Positions 12,601-25,036 of a stretch of DNA of 64,000 bases are shown one piece after another (the first letter of the stretch is position 1; the number at the start of each line of letters is the position of its first letter). Under the pieces are notes generated by a model. That model saw only the letters and a program-made list of their open reading frames with translations, had not been told where the DNA came from and made no database searches. Position numbers and translations under genes: made by a program. The stretch comes from Vitrella brassicaformis CCMP3155 (Eukaryota; Protista; Chromerida): assembly GCA_001179505.1 (NCBI GenBank), contig CDMY01000320.1:58750-122749 (forward strand). The letters are read 5' to 3'.

Positions 12601-14575
12601 TACTCCTGACCACCCCAAGCAGACAGCAAGGTCTCGTTACACCAGAGAGAGTGGAGGGAATGGTGTTTCTCACCGGCAGCCGGAATCCATCCACCAGACG
12701 ACTCTGCACCAGGTTGCAACACAGCAGTGTGCCGTCGGCTGCAGCCACGCACAAAAGAACAGACATGTTGTCTTCTGTTGAAAAGAAGAGTCATCGATAC
12801 CGGTCAAGCAGAAGCCATACACGCCATAGAGAGGGTCCTCCACCCGCACGGACGTGATAGTGACATCTTCCTGCGTCTCCCGCCTCTCGTTGAAGAGCTC
12901 TCGCTGCCTCTCGTCCTCCGTCATCAGGTTGACGGCAGTGCTGCTCTCCTTGCGAGTAAGGGCGAGGCCCATCGAGCTCGCCTTACTGCCCGAGCGGCTC
13001 AACAGAGGGATACTCGATTCATCCTGTGGTGATGCAGGTTGTTGCTGTGTTTCTTCCTCCATCTTGGATGCAGTGGTTGTTTCTCTGAATGTCTCCTCTC
13101 TCATGTTGCATCGGACGATGCCCGCCACCTCCTGCATGAAGGACACCTTGGCAATGTTGAGGGCGGGAAACTGGGCGTGCGTTCGCACTGCAGCAATTGC
13201 AGACCGCCTGATATTGCCGTCATCCATTTCTGTTTCGGCTGACCGTCTCTATGGCTCCAGATACGCCATGCTTCGAGCGAGTCGCCGTGAGATGCCACAA
13301 TGTGGAACGCTCTGTCGCAGTAGAGGCTGTGAATAGGGCCAGATGCCTGGAAGCGACTCAACACAGCGCCACTCGGCACGTCCCATATGAAGCCAGCGCC
13401 CAAGTCGTCCACACCTGTGATGTTACAACACGAGGGCAAATGGAACATGTATTTGGCTGTTTTGTCCGATAAAACTGACCAATGATGACTTCGTGCAGGT
13501 CCGAGACGGCAATGTGCTTGACCGGCGGACCGGCGGGATTGAGCTTGATCACATTCAGCAGCCGCGAAGATACGTCTCCATAGGCGACATTCGCTGTCTC
13601 CTCCCTCTCACTCTCGTTCTCGTCCACGGCGGCGTGTCTCAGGCAGTCCACACTGACAGCAGTGTGTTTGCGCTCTAGCCGCCATATGCGGATGTGATGC
13701 TCGCGTGAGAGGCAGCACACTTCGTGGCGCTTCTGGAACACGCACACCTCCCGCACGCTCGGCTGCCACTGAGGATGCATGTGTGAAGACACATGCCAGA
13801 GATGGCAGTCGCGTCTCCTCGTTTTTTGTCTCTTACCAATGGGAATTCGACGACGGTGCGCGGCATTGGTGGCGAGCCGATGGGAGGAAGGCCGACGTTG
13901 TTAGGAGATGCGGTGAGCGTTTCATTTGGGTTGATATCCCAGAGTACGGCGAGCGTGATCGGGTGCAGTATCTTGATGATGTTCTCCATGTTGATCACCA
14001 GCCTGGCCAACGATTGCTCGATGAATGAATACACGACAATGTGACAGGTGTTCTTCTTGCCCATTGCTGACCATCCGTCATTGAGGTTGAGGTAGCTGAT
14101 GGACCAGAATGCCTTGTCCTTTGCCAGGATGGCCTTCGCGCCACGACCACTGAACGAAGAAGAAACGGCCGCCCGATGATGTGTACAGACTGCGCGTTTC
14201 CTTAGATTTCTTACGACATGACGGTCCATCTTCTGAGTCCTTTTTCGTTGTCAGCATAGTTCCGCTTCACCTGGCGGGTCTTGACACACCTGCAGAAAGG
14301 AAGCGTGGTATGAATCTATTACATGTCATTGACACAAATCCGTCAATGAGGTTCATGGCTGACCAGAGGATGAGTTCATACATGTCGGAGGAAAGCAGCA
14401 GCCGATGGCGCTGATGATGGGGAGAACAGCAGACATACTTACTACTGGATCTGCTGTCTGTATATGCTTCTCTTACCGGATTGAATGCCATGGCGACAAT
14501 TTTGTGTTTGTGTGCGCCCAGGGTGCCATCGAACTGGAACCTCGGATGAGGAGTGACGTCCTTCACACCAGACAT
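3616..14575 (-). CDS. Very large multi-exon protein (roughly 3000 aa): N-terminal WD40-like repeats, low-complexity middle, E/R/K-rich coiled-coil C-terminal part
   Basis: ATG at 14575 (MSGVKDVTPHPRFQFDGTLGAHKHKIVAMAFNP). WD-like segments HHIRIWRL, GAGFIWDVPSG, DSLEAWRIWS, NLLFSASPSTIVLWSPHG. Long minus ORFs (10430-11467, 8345-10234, 6141-8324, 5381-5890, 4687-5607, 3872-4789) can be joined by short GT-AG introns; the 8308-8360 intron gives in-frame TSLK|PIRSF. Stop TGA at 3616. Not every junction was verified. Confidence 0.7.
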
Positions 14576-14660
14576 CACGAACAGCGGTGCCTGAGTTTGC
14601 GAGCTATGGGGGCTGGTGGGGGCGAGACTGGGGCACCGCTGCGGGGAGGGGCATGCAGGC

Positions 14661-15752
14661 ATGACGCAGACGACCTTGACATGGGACTTCCTTCGCTGCT
14701 ATACGGGCGAGTTTGACCCCGAGATCATCTTCCACCTTTTCCTGCAACACCGAAACATCGAGAAGATCCAGGCCCTCGAACCGCTCACGCACCTGCGTCG
14801 GCTGGACCTCTCGCACAACCGCATCACCCGGCTGGAGGGGCTGGGGAGACTCAAAGAGCTGCAGATACTCGATGTGTCGCACAATCAGCTGACCAAGGTG
14901 GAGGGGCTGCAGGGGCTGGCAATGCTGGAGACTTTCAAGGCATGCGGCAATCAATTCACACGGTTCCAGGTGAGTGATTGAGGGCAGTGCCATCGCTTTT
15001 GCCGTCTCATCTATCTGTCTTGGCGTTTGTCTTGCTACAGGATTTGACCGGCCTGTCGGCCCCACCGAAGCTTCGCGCAGTGTATCTGGCCAATCCGGAC
15101 GCCTCTGACGCATGCCCCATCACACTGGCCTCAGACTATCGCACTAGAATGCCATCCATAGCGCCCAAATTGCAGGTATATCTGTCTGATGGACGGACGA
15201 TGGTCAGGATGGATGGACGGAGAGTGAATTGATGTGATTTGTTTGTGTCTGTCTGTGGTGCAGGTGCTCGACGGCCACCGGCTGCATCTGCCTCTGCTGG
15301 CAGTCTCACCACTGGTGTACGAGTCGCTATCTGAGGACGCGCTCTCACTCGTGTCGGCCCTCCTCCCCGTCCCCTTGCTCAACGCCGAGACGGATCTCTG
15401 TCTCCCTGAGTGCTACGAAGATCACGTGGCTGAGAGCGTGCTCGACAAGACCATGCAGCCGATAGAGACCGCCATGAGTGAGGCGAAGAAAGTGCTCAAG
15501 AGCCTGGAGACCCTCACAGAGCAGATGGCGTCCACCTCTGTCGACAGTGAAGCGGCGTGTGCCTCACCACGAAGTACGAACGGGCAAGAGGAGGGGGCGG
15601 CTGGGAGCAAGAAAGTGGTCATCCGGCGGGGGGGGTCTATAGGCTCGACAGCTACACAGACGAGTGTGGGCAGCAGTAATGCAAGCAACGGGGAGAGAGG
15701 GAATAAGGGCAGTGCTAGGGGCGCACGGACTGCCAGACAGAGAAACGATTGA
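14661..15752 (+). CDS. Leucine-rich repeat protein, LRRC61-like (SDS22-type repeats)
   Basis: Exons 14661-14969, 15041-15175, 15264-15752. N-terminus TWDFLRCYTGEFDPEIIFHLFL, LRRs LRRLDLSHNRIT and LQILDVSHNQLT, and an LRR-cap CPITLASDYRTRMPSIAPKLQ|VLDG resemble LRRC61 from memory. Confidence 0.75.
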
Positions 15753-15871
15753 TGCATGGAGTATGTGTTTTCGTGTGAACTTCTGTGTCATCCTTGTGTA
15801 AAGGCGACAAACACATCTTGATCCACAGTAACGGAAGGAGAAAGCAGCCGAACATAAGACGACAAACCCCC

Positions 15872-18460
15872 TCACCCATTTCTTCGTGTCGCATAGACAA
15901 TGACAGGTCTGCGTTCCCCTAGCAGAGCAACAGGTGTCATCCAGCCCTTCACCGCCTCCCTTCCCAAAGTCTCCACTCCCTCAATGACCGACGGTGTCCC
16001 TTTACCCATCGAGCCGTCCCCCTCTCCCACCCGCCTCTTCTGCTGTCTAACCATTTGTCGTGATGGAGGCTTGTAGCTCATCCGAAGCGCGTAGTCTAAT
16101 TTATCGTTCGCCATGACATCGTGTGCCGGGGTGGTCATGGGCCGCCTTGACGGCACCGACAGAGCGGGGGTGGATGGCGAGTGCGGCATCGGCGTGGCTC
16201 CTCTGGGGATAGGAGACACCTGCCGCAGGTACGATGCAGACCGAAAGGGCGCGGGAGGAGACACGCTGTCGATCGTCAGCAGCTCGGAGGGACACGAAGA
16301 CAGGCTCGGCCCAGGAGTATCCGTACCAGCGATAGGCGGGCCAGAGACGCCGGCAGTGGTTGAGGGTCGAGAAGGAGGAGGTGCCGCTTCCAGGACGATC
16401 TCTGGCGGCGTCCAGCCCGTCGCCAATTGATGCAGTTGCTGCAGCCTGGCAGCGGAGGCCTTGCTGTAAAAGCCCCGCTGCTTGTACTTGAGAAAAGGAC
16501 TGTCAAACAGGCTAGGGGCGGTCGCTTGTTGCTGGACCAACGAAAGGACAGGCTCAAACACAGGCGGGACGTAGCGCCTCGTCAAGTCATTGGTCCGCTC
16601 ACCTGCATTTTCTGTAGCTGTCTCAGTCTCGCTGCTGCCACTTTGTTGTGCAGCTGGCGTCTTAGATAAGCCCGCAACAATGTCTCAGCCTTCCGTTTCA
16701 AACCATTCTGCACCTCTGATCAACACAGATAGACAGAGACATGTGACGGTCGACTCATATGTGTGTCTACACACCTTTTGGCAAACGACTGAGGATATCG
16801 TGGGACGTGATTGCCAGCAAATCGACTGTCGATGACGCCGCTACCACAGTGAAAGGCTCCACCACTCCCAACAACGTCGATGAGAAGCCGCACATGTGGC
16901 CACACGCCAGTGTGCCGCATGACAACTCGCGGGGCGACTCCAGATCTCTGAAAGCGGAAAATGATGGCAATTGCATGCAACAATTTGCTGTTTCGTTATG
17001 CTGATGTCACTCACTCACCTTTTTTTTATAACGGGCTGCATGGGCCTGCCCCAGCTTCTTAGCACGCACTCTCCTTTGTATACGAAGTAGATGCGCCTCT
17101 GACCCTCGTTGGCACTCTGGAGGCTGCCCGCCTGCAGCAGCACATGGCCACGTGGGACGGAGATCGGTTTGAAGAAAGACGCTGCCAGCTTCTCCATAGT
17201 CTTCTCATCCAGGACTTGTTCATCGGGCAGCCACCGGTAGAGAAATGTCATCTGACAGAAGAAGGAAGGGACATGCCGGCCGTCACTTTTGGGTTGAACT
17301 CTTTACTACCTTTTGCTCAATTTGCTTGTAGGCTGCCCGTCTGAATGCCTCCAGAAAGTCCTCCTTCTGGATCCAGCACACCACCGTCTGCCGCTTATCG
17401 AACCTCTGCTCAGCCTTCGATGGGACACCGAGCCGCTCGCCCCCGAACCGTCGCCGAACCTCCTCGCCCGCCCCCTCTCCAAGGACCGTCTTGACCGAGA
17501 CCAGCCTCTCCGTGTCCTTAACCAAGCCGAGTTCGCCCAGTGTGTCACCAGGCGTCAGCGTGGCGATAAGCTCCCCCAGATTCTCCTCTTCCTCGGGCGG
17601 CAGCTCGTCGTCGCTCTCCTCATCTTCGACCTCATCCATGTGGAATTTCACTGCCGTACCGGTCGTCAGAAATATGGGGGAGGTCTTGCTCTTCTTGGCG
17701 GCGGCTTTCTGGCTCTGGGGGGAGTCGGCGTCCAGGATGCTCATCATGTGAGACACTCTGCCGCCCTTGTGGGGGCTCGACGTCTCCTCGGGCAACGCCA
17801 ATACCTCCTGTGGAGCCGTCAGGGCATGTACAAGGGCTGGCTGGGAAGGTGACGAAGGCGGGAGGGCATAGATCTCTGCTGCCGCTACTGCCTCGTTGAG
17901 GGAGTCTCTGCGTTCTTGGGGAGAGAGCGGCGGGGGGTTGTGCTGATAGATGGCGAGGGCGCCGTGCAGGAGGAGAAAAAACGCATTCGACGTGTCGCCC
18001 TCTCTGGAAATGGCGCAGAACCAATGAACCGAGCAAGTGTGTTTGAACCTGCATCTCTGCATGCCTGAAAAGGACGGTATTGGCGTTGAGTGTGGTCACC
18101 CCCATCAGCCTCGTGAGCTCCTCGCGCACTTCGTGGGAAAGTTCGACGAAGAACTTGTTGGCCCGTAACAGCTGATCGAACACACACATGGACACCAACA
18201 GACATGCACGACACTGGCCACACTTGCGCATGTGCGGCAGCCTGCCTTGTGCAGGAGTGCGCATTCGTCTTCGGTACGGTTCTTTCCCTCTTCTTTCAAT
18301 ATGTCGCGTATCTCCACCACACGCGGCACCGTCAAGACGGGCAGGCGGTAGCGGGGATGGGTTGATTGCATTCTGCTGGGGTCTGTTCTGAGGGGAAAGA
18401 GGGCTCCCAGCGGCCCCAAGGCGACCGCGCTCCGATTTAGAGGGAGTCGCTGCATGATTA
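15872..18460 (-). CDS. Protein with two cyclic-nucleotide-binding-like domains
   Basis: EIRDILKEEGKNRTEDECALLHK|LLRANKFFVELS, REGDTSNAFFLLLHGALAI, LTPGDTLGELGLVKDTERLVSV (phosphate-binding cassette GEL..R), second domain VPRGHVLLQAG..RIYFVYKGEC and EPFTVVAASSTVDLLAIT. The start position is uncertain. Confidence 0.75.
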
Positions 18461-18589
18461 GGCCCATGCATGAGCTGTGGCAGGCCACGTTTTGTGACAG
18501 GTAAGCTGCAGGTGAAGACACTTATACCAGCCATCAACCAATCAACACTGTCTGCACATCTACCAACTGCTTACTCCAGTGGCTCTCTC

Positions 18590-18910
18590 ATGCCACGTGC
18601 CACACATCGACACCGCATGGGTGCTCCCCCGGCCGCTCAAGACCGAGAAAGCAGCCATAGGGCCCCGACTATGTACACGTGGAAGAAAAGCCAATACGGC
18701 ACAGCACATGCGTAACAAGTACTGACTGACTTTGCCTTGTAGTGCTCTTGTCAGGTGCTTACACGTGAAGGCACTTACTGCAGTCGCTGAATGCCATGTG
18801 CCACACATCAAGCCCGCACGGGTGCCCCCTTAGCCAGCCAAGACCGAGAAAGCACGGGTACGCAGGCGCTGTGCGACACGAAAAACAGCCAGCACGGCAC
18901 ACATGCGTCA
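18590..18910. repeat. Degenerate tandem duplication, two ~120 bp units with ~201 bp period
   Basis: 18590 atgccacgtgccacacatc..caagaccgagaaagca..cacatgcgt versus 18791 atgccatgtgccacacatc..caagaccgagaaagca..cacatgcgt. Confidence 0.75.
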
Positions 18911-19209
18911 GCGAATACAGACAATAAATGCTCGCCATATGCTGAAACGTTGTTCCAGCGTTCCGGGCTGGAGGCGGAAATCGTCTGCTGACCGGCTGTG
19001 ATCAGCTGGCGATGTCGGCAACCGTCACGCAACGCACAGACCAACAGCAGAGCGCATACACATTGCATGCACCAGTGAGACCGTCACAAATACGGTATGT
19101 ATGCACAGAAAAATCTGCAGTGTGACACCATCCCCCAGGTCTCTCTCTCAAGCATCATTTTGGGGCCAATACCAACCCCTCACATTCAGTTATCTCCACT
19201 CGCCACTCA

Positions 19210-19410
19210 TCACCGGCTGACTGGCGGCGCGTCCTCTTCCCACGGCTCGGGTTTCTTCCCGAACAGCCTCCATCTTGGTGCTGGTTTGCCGTAGGGCTCT
19301 GGCTGGGGCGGTCCGGCCATCCAGGGAATGATGAAGATGAGCGCCAGGCTGCCCACCATGAAAACAGTCGGGTAGACCAGGGGACCTATCTGAACCTTGT
19401 ACTGCGTCAT
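19210..19410 (-). CDS. Small single-pass membrane protein (66 aa), unknown function
   Basis: MTQYKVQIGPLVYPTVFMVGSLALIFIIPWMAGPPQPEPYGKPAPRWRLFGKKPEPWEEDAPPVSR*; intronless, G/C-ending codon bias like neighbouring exons, one hydrophobic helix. Confidence 0.55.
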   Translation of the reverse strand: MTQYKVQIGPLVYPTVFMVGSLALIFIIPWMAGPPQPEPYGKPAPRWRLFGKKPEPWEEDAPPVSR

Positions 19411-19828
19411 GACCTGAGGCGGGCTGCGGACTGACGAAAAGAGGCCCGGCGGCACACGTTGTCGGCAACAGACGGGAGGAAGGCGTCCTTGTGTGAGAAG
19501 TATCTTGCGTCAGATCTTCGGGTTCACTGGCAGTCGGCGGTTGCTGAGTACACGGGGCGTGTAGAGAGCGGCATTCTCATGCGGATTCAATCCTCCCTCT
19601 CTCTCGAATCTTGCGATTACGTTGAAGAATCTGAGAGAGCAGTTTCACGGATTTGCGAGCTCCGAAGAAGAAATTGGAGTTCAAGTTGTATGTGGAGTGG
19701 GCGGCTATGCTTCAGCGTTGACGTGCATAGCTTTTCGAATCAGCTGACTCTCTTCCTTGTGAGCTGACCCTTCCTGATACTCCCTGATACTCACCCGGAG
19801 CTCTTGAGCCACTGCCTCCCAGGGTGCC

Positions 19829-21410
19829 ATGGCATCCCTGTCGTTCGCATCCGGCGCACAGCACTCGGTTCGTGCGCTGCAGAGCTTGCCCAAGCTGATC
19901 AACTACCAGCTGCAGGCTCACGGGCAGGCACTGCACCGCGGCGTGGGCGTCGCCCGCCGCGCACTCGGTGCCTTCTTCTTCGGAACGGAGGAGGAGGCGC
20001 AGAGGAACCGGGACCCGCTGATGGAGACCGTGACGCAGTATCCCGACGAATCACTCTGGTTCATCAAGTGAGTGGGAGGGGAAAGTATGGTGGATGGTGT
20101 GGATGGTCACCGTGTGTGTGTGATAGGGTGGTGATGCTATTTGGCGCGATTAGCGGGTTTGTGATATCGATTCCGTGCCTCTTTTACCTGTGGTTCTTCT
20201 GGCTGGAGGGGGCATCGTGCAACAGACCGCTGCGGTGTGTAAAGTGATGGAGGGAAGAAGAAAGGCCAGCACACGACAGCATCGACATGTGCGTCATTGT
20301 GTGTGTGTGTGTGTGCATGTGTGTCAGGTACTGGGTGTTGTTCAACTGTTCCCTCCAGCTGATCCAGGTGCCAATCCGGCTGGTGTTCTTCTCCCGGCTG
20401 CTGCACGTCGGGCGGCAAGGCGGACCCAACCACAGAAACCACATACACCAGTGGTCAGTCATCTCACGCACAGAGCAGCATGCAACCGCCCATTCTGCAT
20501 TCTCCCTGTCCACGTGTGTGTGTTCTTTCAGTTTGCGGCTGCTGACGAGTGGTCGTGCGTGGAAGTGCAGCAAGTTCCTGAGCATTTTAAACTACGGCTG
20601 GTTCATCCTGGGCGTCGTGTGGGTCCTCAACTCGTCACACTGCGCCGAGGCGCCAGGCCTCTGGAAACTCACCGTCGGAGTGGTCAGTAGTCGACTCAGA
20701 CAGACCCATTGATGGATGCCCTTTGCCACGGTGTGTCACGTTTGTGTGCCTTCTTGACTTCAGATAGCGATGTCAATGGCACGTCTGCTGATCACTCTGG
20801 TGTGTTTCTACTACTCGTTCCCACCCCGCAACCTGCCCACGGCCTCCCGCAGGCGGCGGGGCGCCACACAGGCCGCCATCGACGCACTCCCAGTCTCCAA
20901 GTACCATGCCTCCGCTGACGTGCCACTGCTCAGGGACCCCACGTGAGCTTCTTCCCTGGCTGAGAAGGAGAGAGAGGAACAGATGGGAGAGGATGTGTGG
21001 ATCCTTCCTTTGTGTGTGTCAGTTGCTCCATCTGTTTGGCGGAGTGGGTGGATGGTGACGAGCTGCGGTGGCTGCCCTGCAACCACTCCTTCCACAAGAA
21101 ATGTGTCGACAAGTGGCTGTAAGCTGACATCCATCCATCCATCCACAACACGGCACAACAAGGGCGAGACAGCGATTTCGTGTGTGTGTGTGTGTGTGCG
21201 CGCAGGAAGCGTAGTTCCGCGTGTCCTCTGTGCCTGCGGTGTGTGGAGGGGCGGGATGGACACGGACAGACCATCGGTAAGGGAGAGGAATGGTCACATC
21301 GACCCACACACCCACTTTTCCTGTCTCCTCGTGCCGTTTCTCTGTGTCCGCAGCTCCCATTGGATGAGCTACTGGCCGCTACTCTTGCGCCCACGGTTTC
21401 CCACGATTGA
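19829..21410 (+). CDS. Multi-pass membrane RING-H2 (C3H2C3) E3 ubiquitin ligase-like protein
   Basis: TM exons ([21 protein letters not shown]; [21 protein letters not shown]; [14 protein letters not shown]), linker [51 protein letters not shown]|..SACPLC. Confidence 0.85.
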
Positions 21411-22856
21411 TGGAGCCACCCCACCCGCCGATCCCACACACCTACTTCCCTGCCCTGCCTGCCTTCTTTCTTGACTACCTACGTACCGATTGACTGCTGC
21501 CTACCAGCCAGCCTTGTTTCCGTCGTGCTGCTGGCTGCCTGGCGCTTTGCTTTGCTGCCTCTTGCTTGTTCGGTTGCTGTCCGACTGGTGCGTCTGGTGT
21601 ACAATGTACTCACCCACCCACCCACTCACTCACCCCTCCCTCCCTCCCTTCCTGGCTGGAATGCGGACAGTCTCATTAATGACACCCGCCCTCGGACACA
21701 CACACACCCATGCGCACATCCAATCCGTGTATGTATGCAGGCACATGGGCAGGGGGACGCTCAGGTTTCGCTGAGCAGTGTACTTACTGTACGGCCGTGT
21801 GAATGTGCGTCTGTGTGGGTGAGTGGGTGTGTGTGTATTGGTGGCTTTCGAGTGGGTGCACCGTCATTTACCGAGGGGGACAGTGCTGATTGTCTGTCGA
21901 CTCTCTTGGGGTCTTTGGAGTGTGACGCTGGCACGTGCCTCGCCAGATCAGGCGGGAGAGCCACATGACACTGAGCCCGGTGTCATGTGGCTCTTTAGCC
22001 TTTTTCGGCCAGGTACGTGTCCTTCGCCACGCAATCACAGGCCATCGTCGGGAGGTGAAGGAAAGGATCTCTGGGCACCTTGGCCGCTCACTGGCTGACA
22101 GGCGAGTGCGTGCCGTATGGGGTGCCATGCGTTGTTAGACGCAGCGTGCAGTGTGTGGCCTGCATGGGTGGATGGATGGCGCAGAACATCGCTTCAAGGG
22201 TCATTTGTATTTGTAGTGTCCGGCAACACACCACACCGCGGCAGGTCACACCACACGCCAACACGCTCGCCAAGGAGACCCCCCATCTGCCCATGCATCC
22301 ATCCATCCATCAGCTCATGATTGTCTCGTTCCACACACATGAACATGAATGTGACGCCACCGCGCCACGACGCCAACGCATCAACGAACCAACACTACTG
22401 ACACGCGACAAGGCGACCGACTTCCCTCCCCCCTCCCACCTCATACGCACCGACGACACCAACACAGACGCGCCCTCACAGGAAGACAAGACATGCAGCC
22501 GAGCCACCGCCGCTTAGAACCGCCTATCAACACTTACCATTGCAACCGTGGATGACTCCAAAATTGACAGTCCTCCCCTCTCCCCGCCTCCACGTTATGG
22601 ACACACACACTTTGTCACGTGCACACACAGAGATACCGACAGACACACGAGGGCATGACGCCCCATCACTCCCGACCACAGAGCAGCCAACTAGGAAAAA
22701 CTGGCCAGCCAGGAGGGAGAGAGAGTGTGTCCATACAGGCGTGCAGGTGGTATCCGATGCGGCTGCACTCTGCAGTTGGCGAGTGCGTGGGCAAAAACAG
22801 GTGGCGGATGAATGTGGGAGGTCGTCTGTGTGGACAGCCACAACACACGGCATACA

Positions 22857-22892
<36 letters not shown>

Positions 22893-23251
22893 CAGAATCG
22901 CCCGCAGCTCCCTCCCTCCCCTGTAGCCACATTCATCAATCCATCCATCCACAAAGTAGCCAGCAATATACTACACGAGAAATAGGGGATAGCAGCCCAC
23001 CCTGCCACCCGACACACACTCAGGCGGCAGGCAGACAGGCAGTAAGTCGTCGTCACTCGGGCGCATGCACCACACCACATGCACCGCCACTTACAGACAG
23101 AAAACACGTCAATGCATGTAGCCACGTATGAGCGTTAGCAGGGCCCCGTCCGTTCTGTCTGCACCTTGAGCAGACATCACAGCACACGACAAACAGAGGG
23201 CCCGCGCCCACACGTACACATGACCCCACGCACCCACGCACCCAGGCACCC

Positions 23252-24076
23252 TCACACGCAATCAAGCAGGCAATAAGCAAGCAACAAACCTCCGGACACA
23301 AGCCTTGAAACGCACAGCTGGCCACAGCTCTGCCTACCTATGTGCGGCGTGCCTGCCGCGCCGCCATGGATGCGGGCCAAGTGCCCATACAGCTCGGCAC
23401 ACATCTCATCAACGGGGAAGCTCTCACCTCGCCGTGTCGAGGTCGGTGAAGAAGAGCCACCCCAGTCCCAGCCCCCGCCCGCACCTCCCTCTCCCTCCGG
23501 CAGAGTAGCCGTCCAGCCACCCCCACCAGCCACACGCCGGTCGAGCAATCGCGGCCCCGTCACGGCGATGGGAACGGGAGCCGACGATGCCATCGCCGCC
23601 TCGGCTGAGGCCGCTTTCCGCAATTGTGGCATGGTCGGCGGCTCGCAGCAGTGGAGGACATTTGCGATGCGGTGGCACATGTCCCCCAGCAGCTGCCTGG
23701 CCTCGGCGTCCTCCAGAGCTTCGTCGAAGTGCCACCGGCGATCCGTCGACGTGCCCGCCTTGATGAAGTCTAGCGCCTGTCTGCAGACGCTCTTGAGCTG
23801 TGCTGTGTAGACCTTGCTGTTGGTCCTGGCATCAGCGTCAGGGCTGCTCCTGGTGGGAGGGGGCCGGGCCGGGGGAGGGGGGATTGGTACGCTTTGCGAT
23901 TGAAGGCAGCTTGACATGCCCTCGACATGGTTAGGTTGATTGCCTGATGGGGAGAGGAGGGGCTCGTGACGCCGCACAGTTGGCGGTCTGACCTGAATGG
24001 GACAGACAGACAGACAAACACCCCATTTGTATGTATTGGTTTCCTCCATCATTCTTGGTCGGTCCGCGTGTACTTT

Positions 24077-24135
<59 letters not shown>

Positions 24136-24873
24136 CGTCCGTCCGTCTGTCACACACTTGGAATGAGTGTTGGGTCTCGCCGTTCGGGTCGCCTTCGACG
24201 AGCTCCAGCCCATTGATGGGCGGTAGAGTGATGCCTTGCCTTCGCAGGAACTTGCGGTACATGAAGAAGCGGCACCCTGACAGACATGGGCATGGGCACC
24301 CATCGGCACAGAAACGGATGTGGTGTGTGCGTCTGTCGGCCCACCTTGCAGGGATCGCCGCTCTGACGGGTGGTGGATGTCGGGGCAGAAGGGGCGCTGA
24401 CAGGTGCCGTGGGCGTGACTCAGACACGGTCTCGTCTTGTAGTACAGGGGATGGTAATCATGCTCAGCTGACCACACACACACACACACACCATCACTGC
24501 AGCTGTCCAGTCCCACCACACACACACGCTTTCTCACCTTGTGAATGGGCATACGGGCACTTGTCTCCTCTCTCGCAGCGTGACGCCGGAAGGTCCGGGC
24601 AGGGCAGATGGACGTACCGCAGCGTGCCGGGGCAGGATCTGCCGAAGCCGGGGCCTCTCCGCAACCTCTCTTCTTCTCCGTGTGAGTAGGTGCATGACTC
24701 CCCGTAAGCACAGTGCCGCTGCAGATGCGTCCGCCTCCTGGGGCATGGTGTCGTGAAGATGCTGAAACACAACAAACGATAGAATGACAGACGATGCGGT
24801 GCTCATCCCACATAAGAAGATCTGTGACTCGTGCGCACCTGAAGAGTTCTGCCTCTGAGAGGACGCGGTTCAT
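23252..24873 (-). CDS. Unkempt/TZF-like CCCH zinc-finger protein
   Basis: ATG 24873, MNRVLSEAELF|SIFTTPCPRRRTHLQRHCAYGESCTYSHGEEERLRRGPG..LRYVHLPCPDLPASRCERGDKCPYAHS (C-x7-C-x5-C-x3-H), followed by CRFFMYRKF. The 3' end is uncertain. Confidence 0.7.
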
Positions 24874-25036
24874 TCACTACGTCATCAAATGCGCTGTGGC
24901 CCCGCACTGAGACTTCGCTCCCAGCCCTCCCGGCCACTAAATGCCCGGGGTTTCACGCAATGCCTTATTCCACCTGCGAGCTGGAGATGTGATTGGCTTT
25001 TGGAGATTGCTGGAGAGGACAGGCGCCGTTTCCTCG

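Noticed and set aside
21420-23050. 1.6-kb stretch between the RING and CCCH genes as a possible hidden gene or element
   Set aside because: Dominated by simple repeats and convergent 3' regions; no motif, terminal repeat or coherent exon chain was found.
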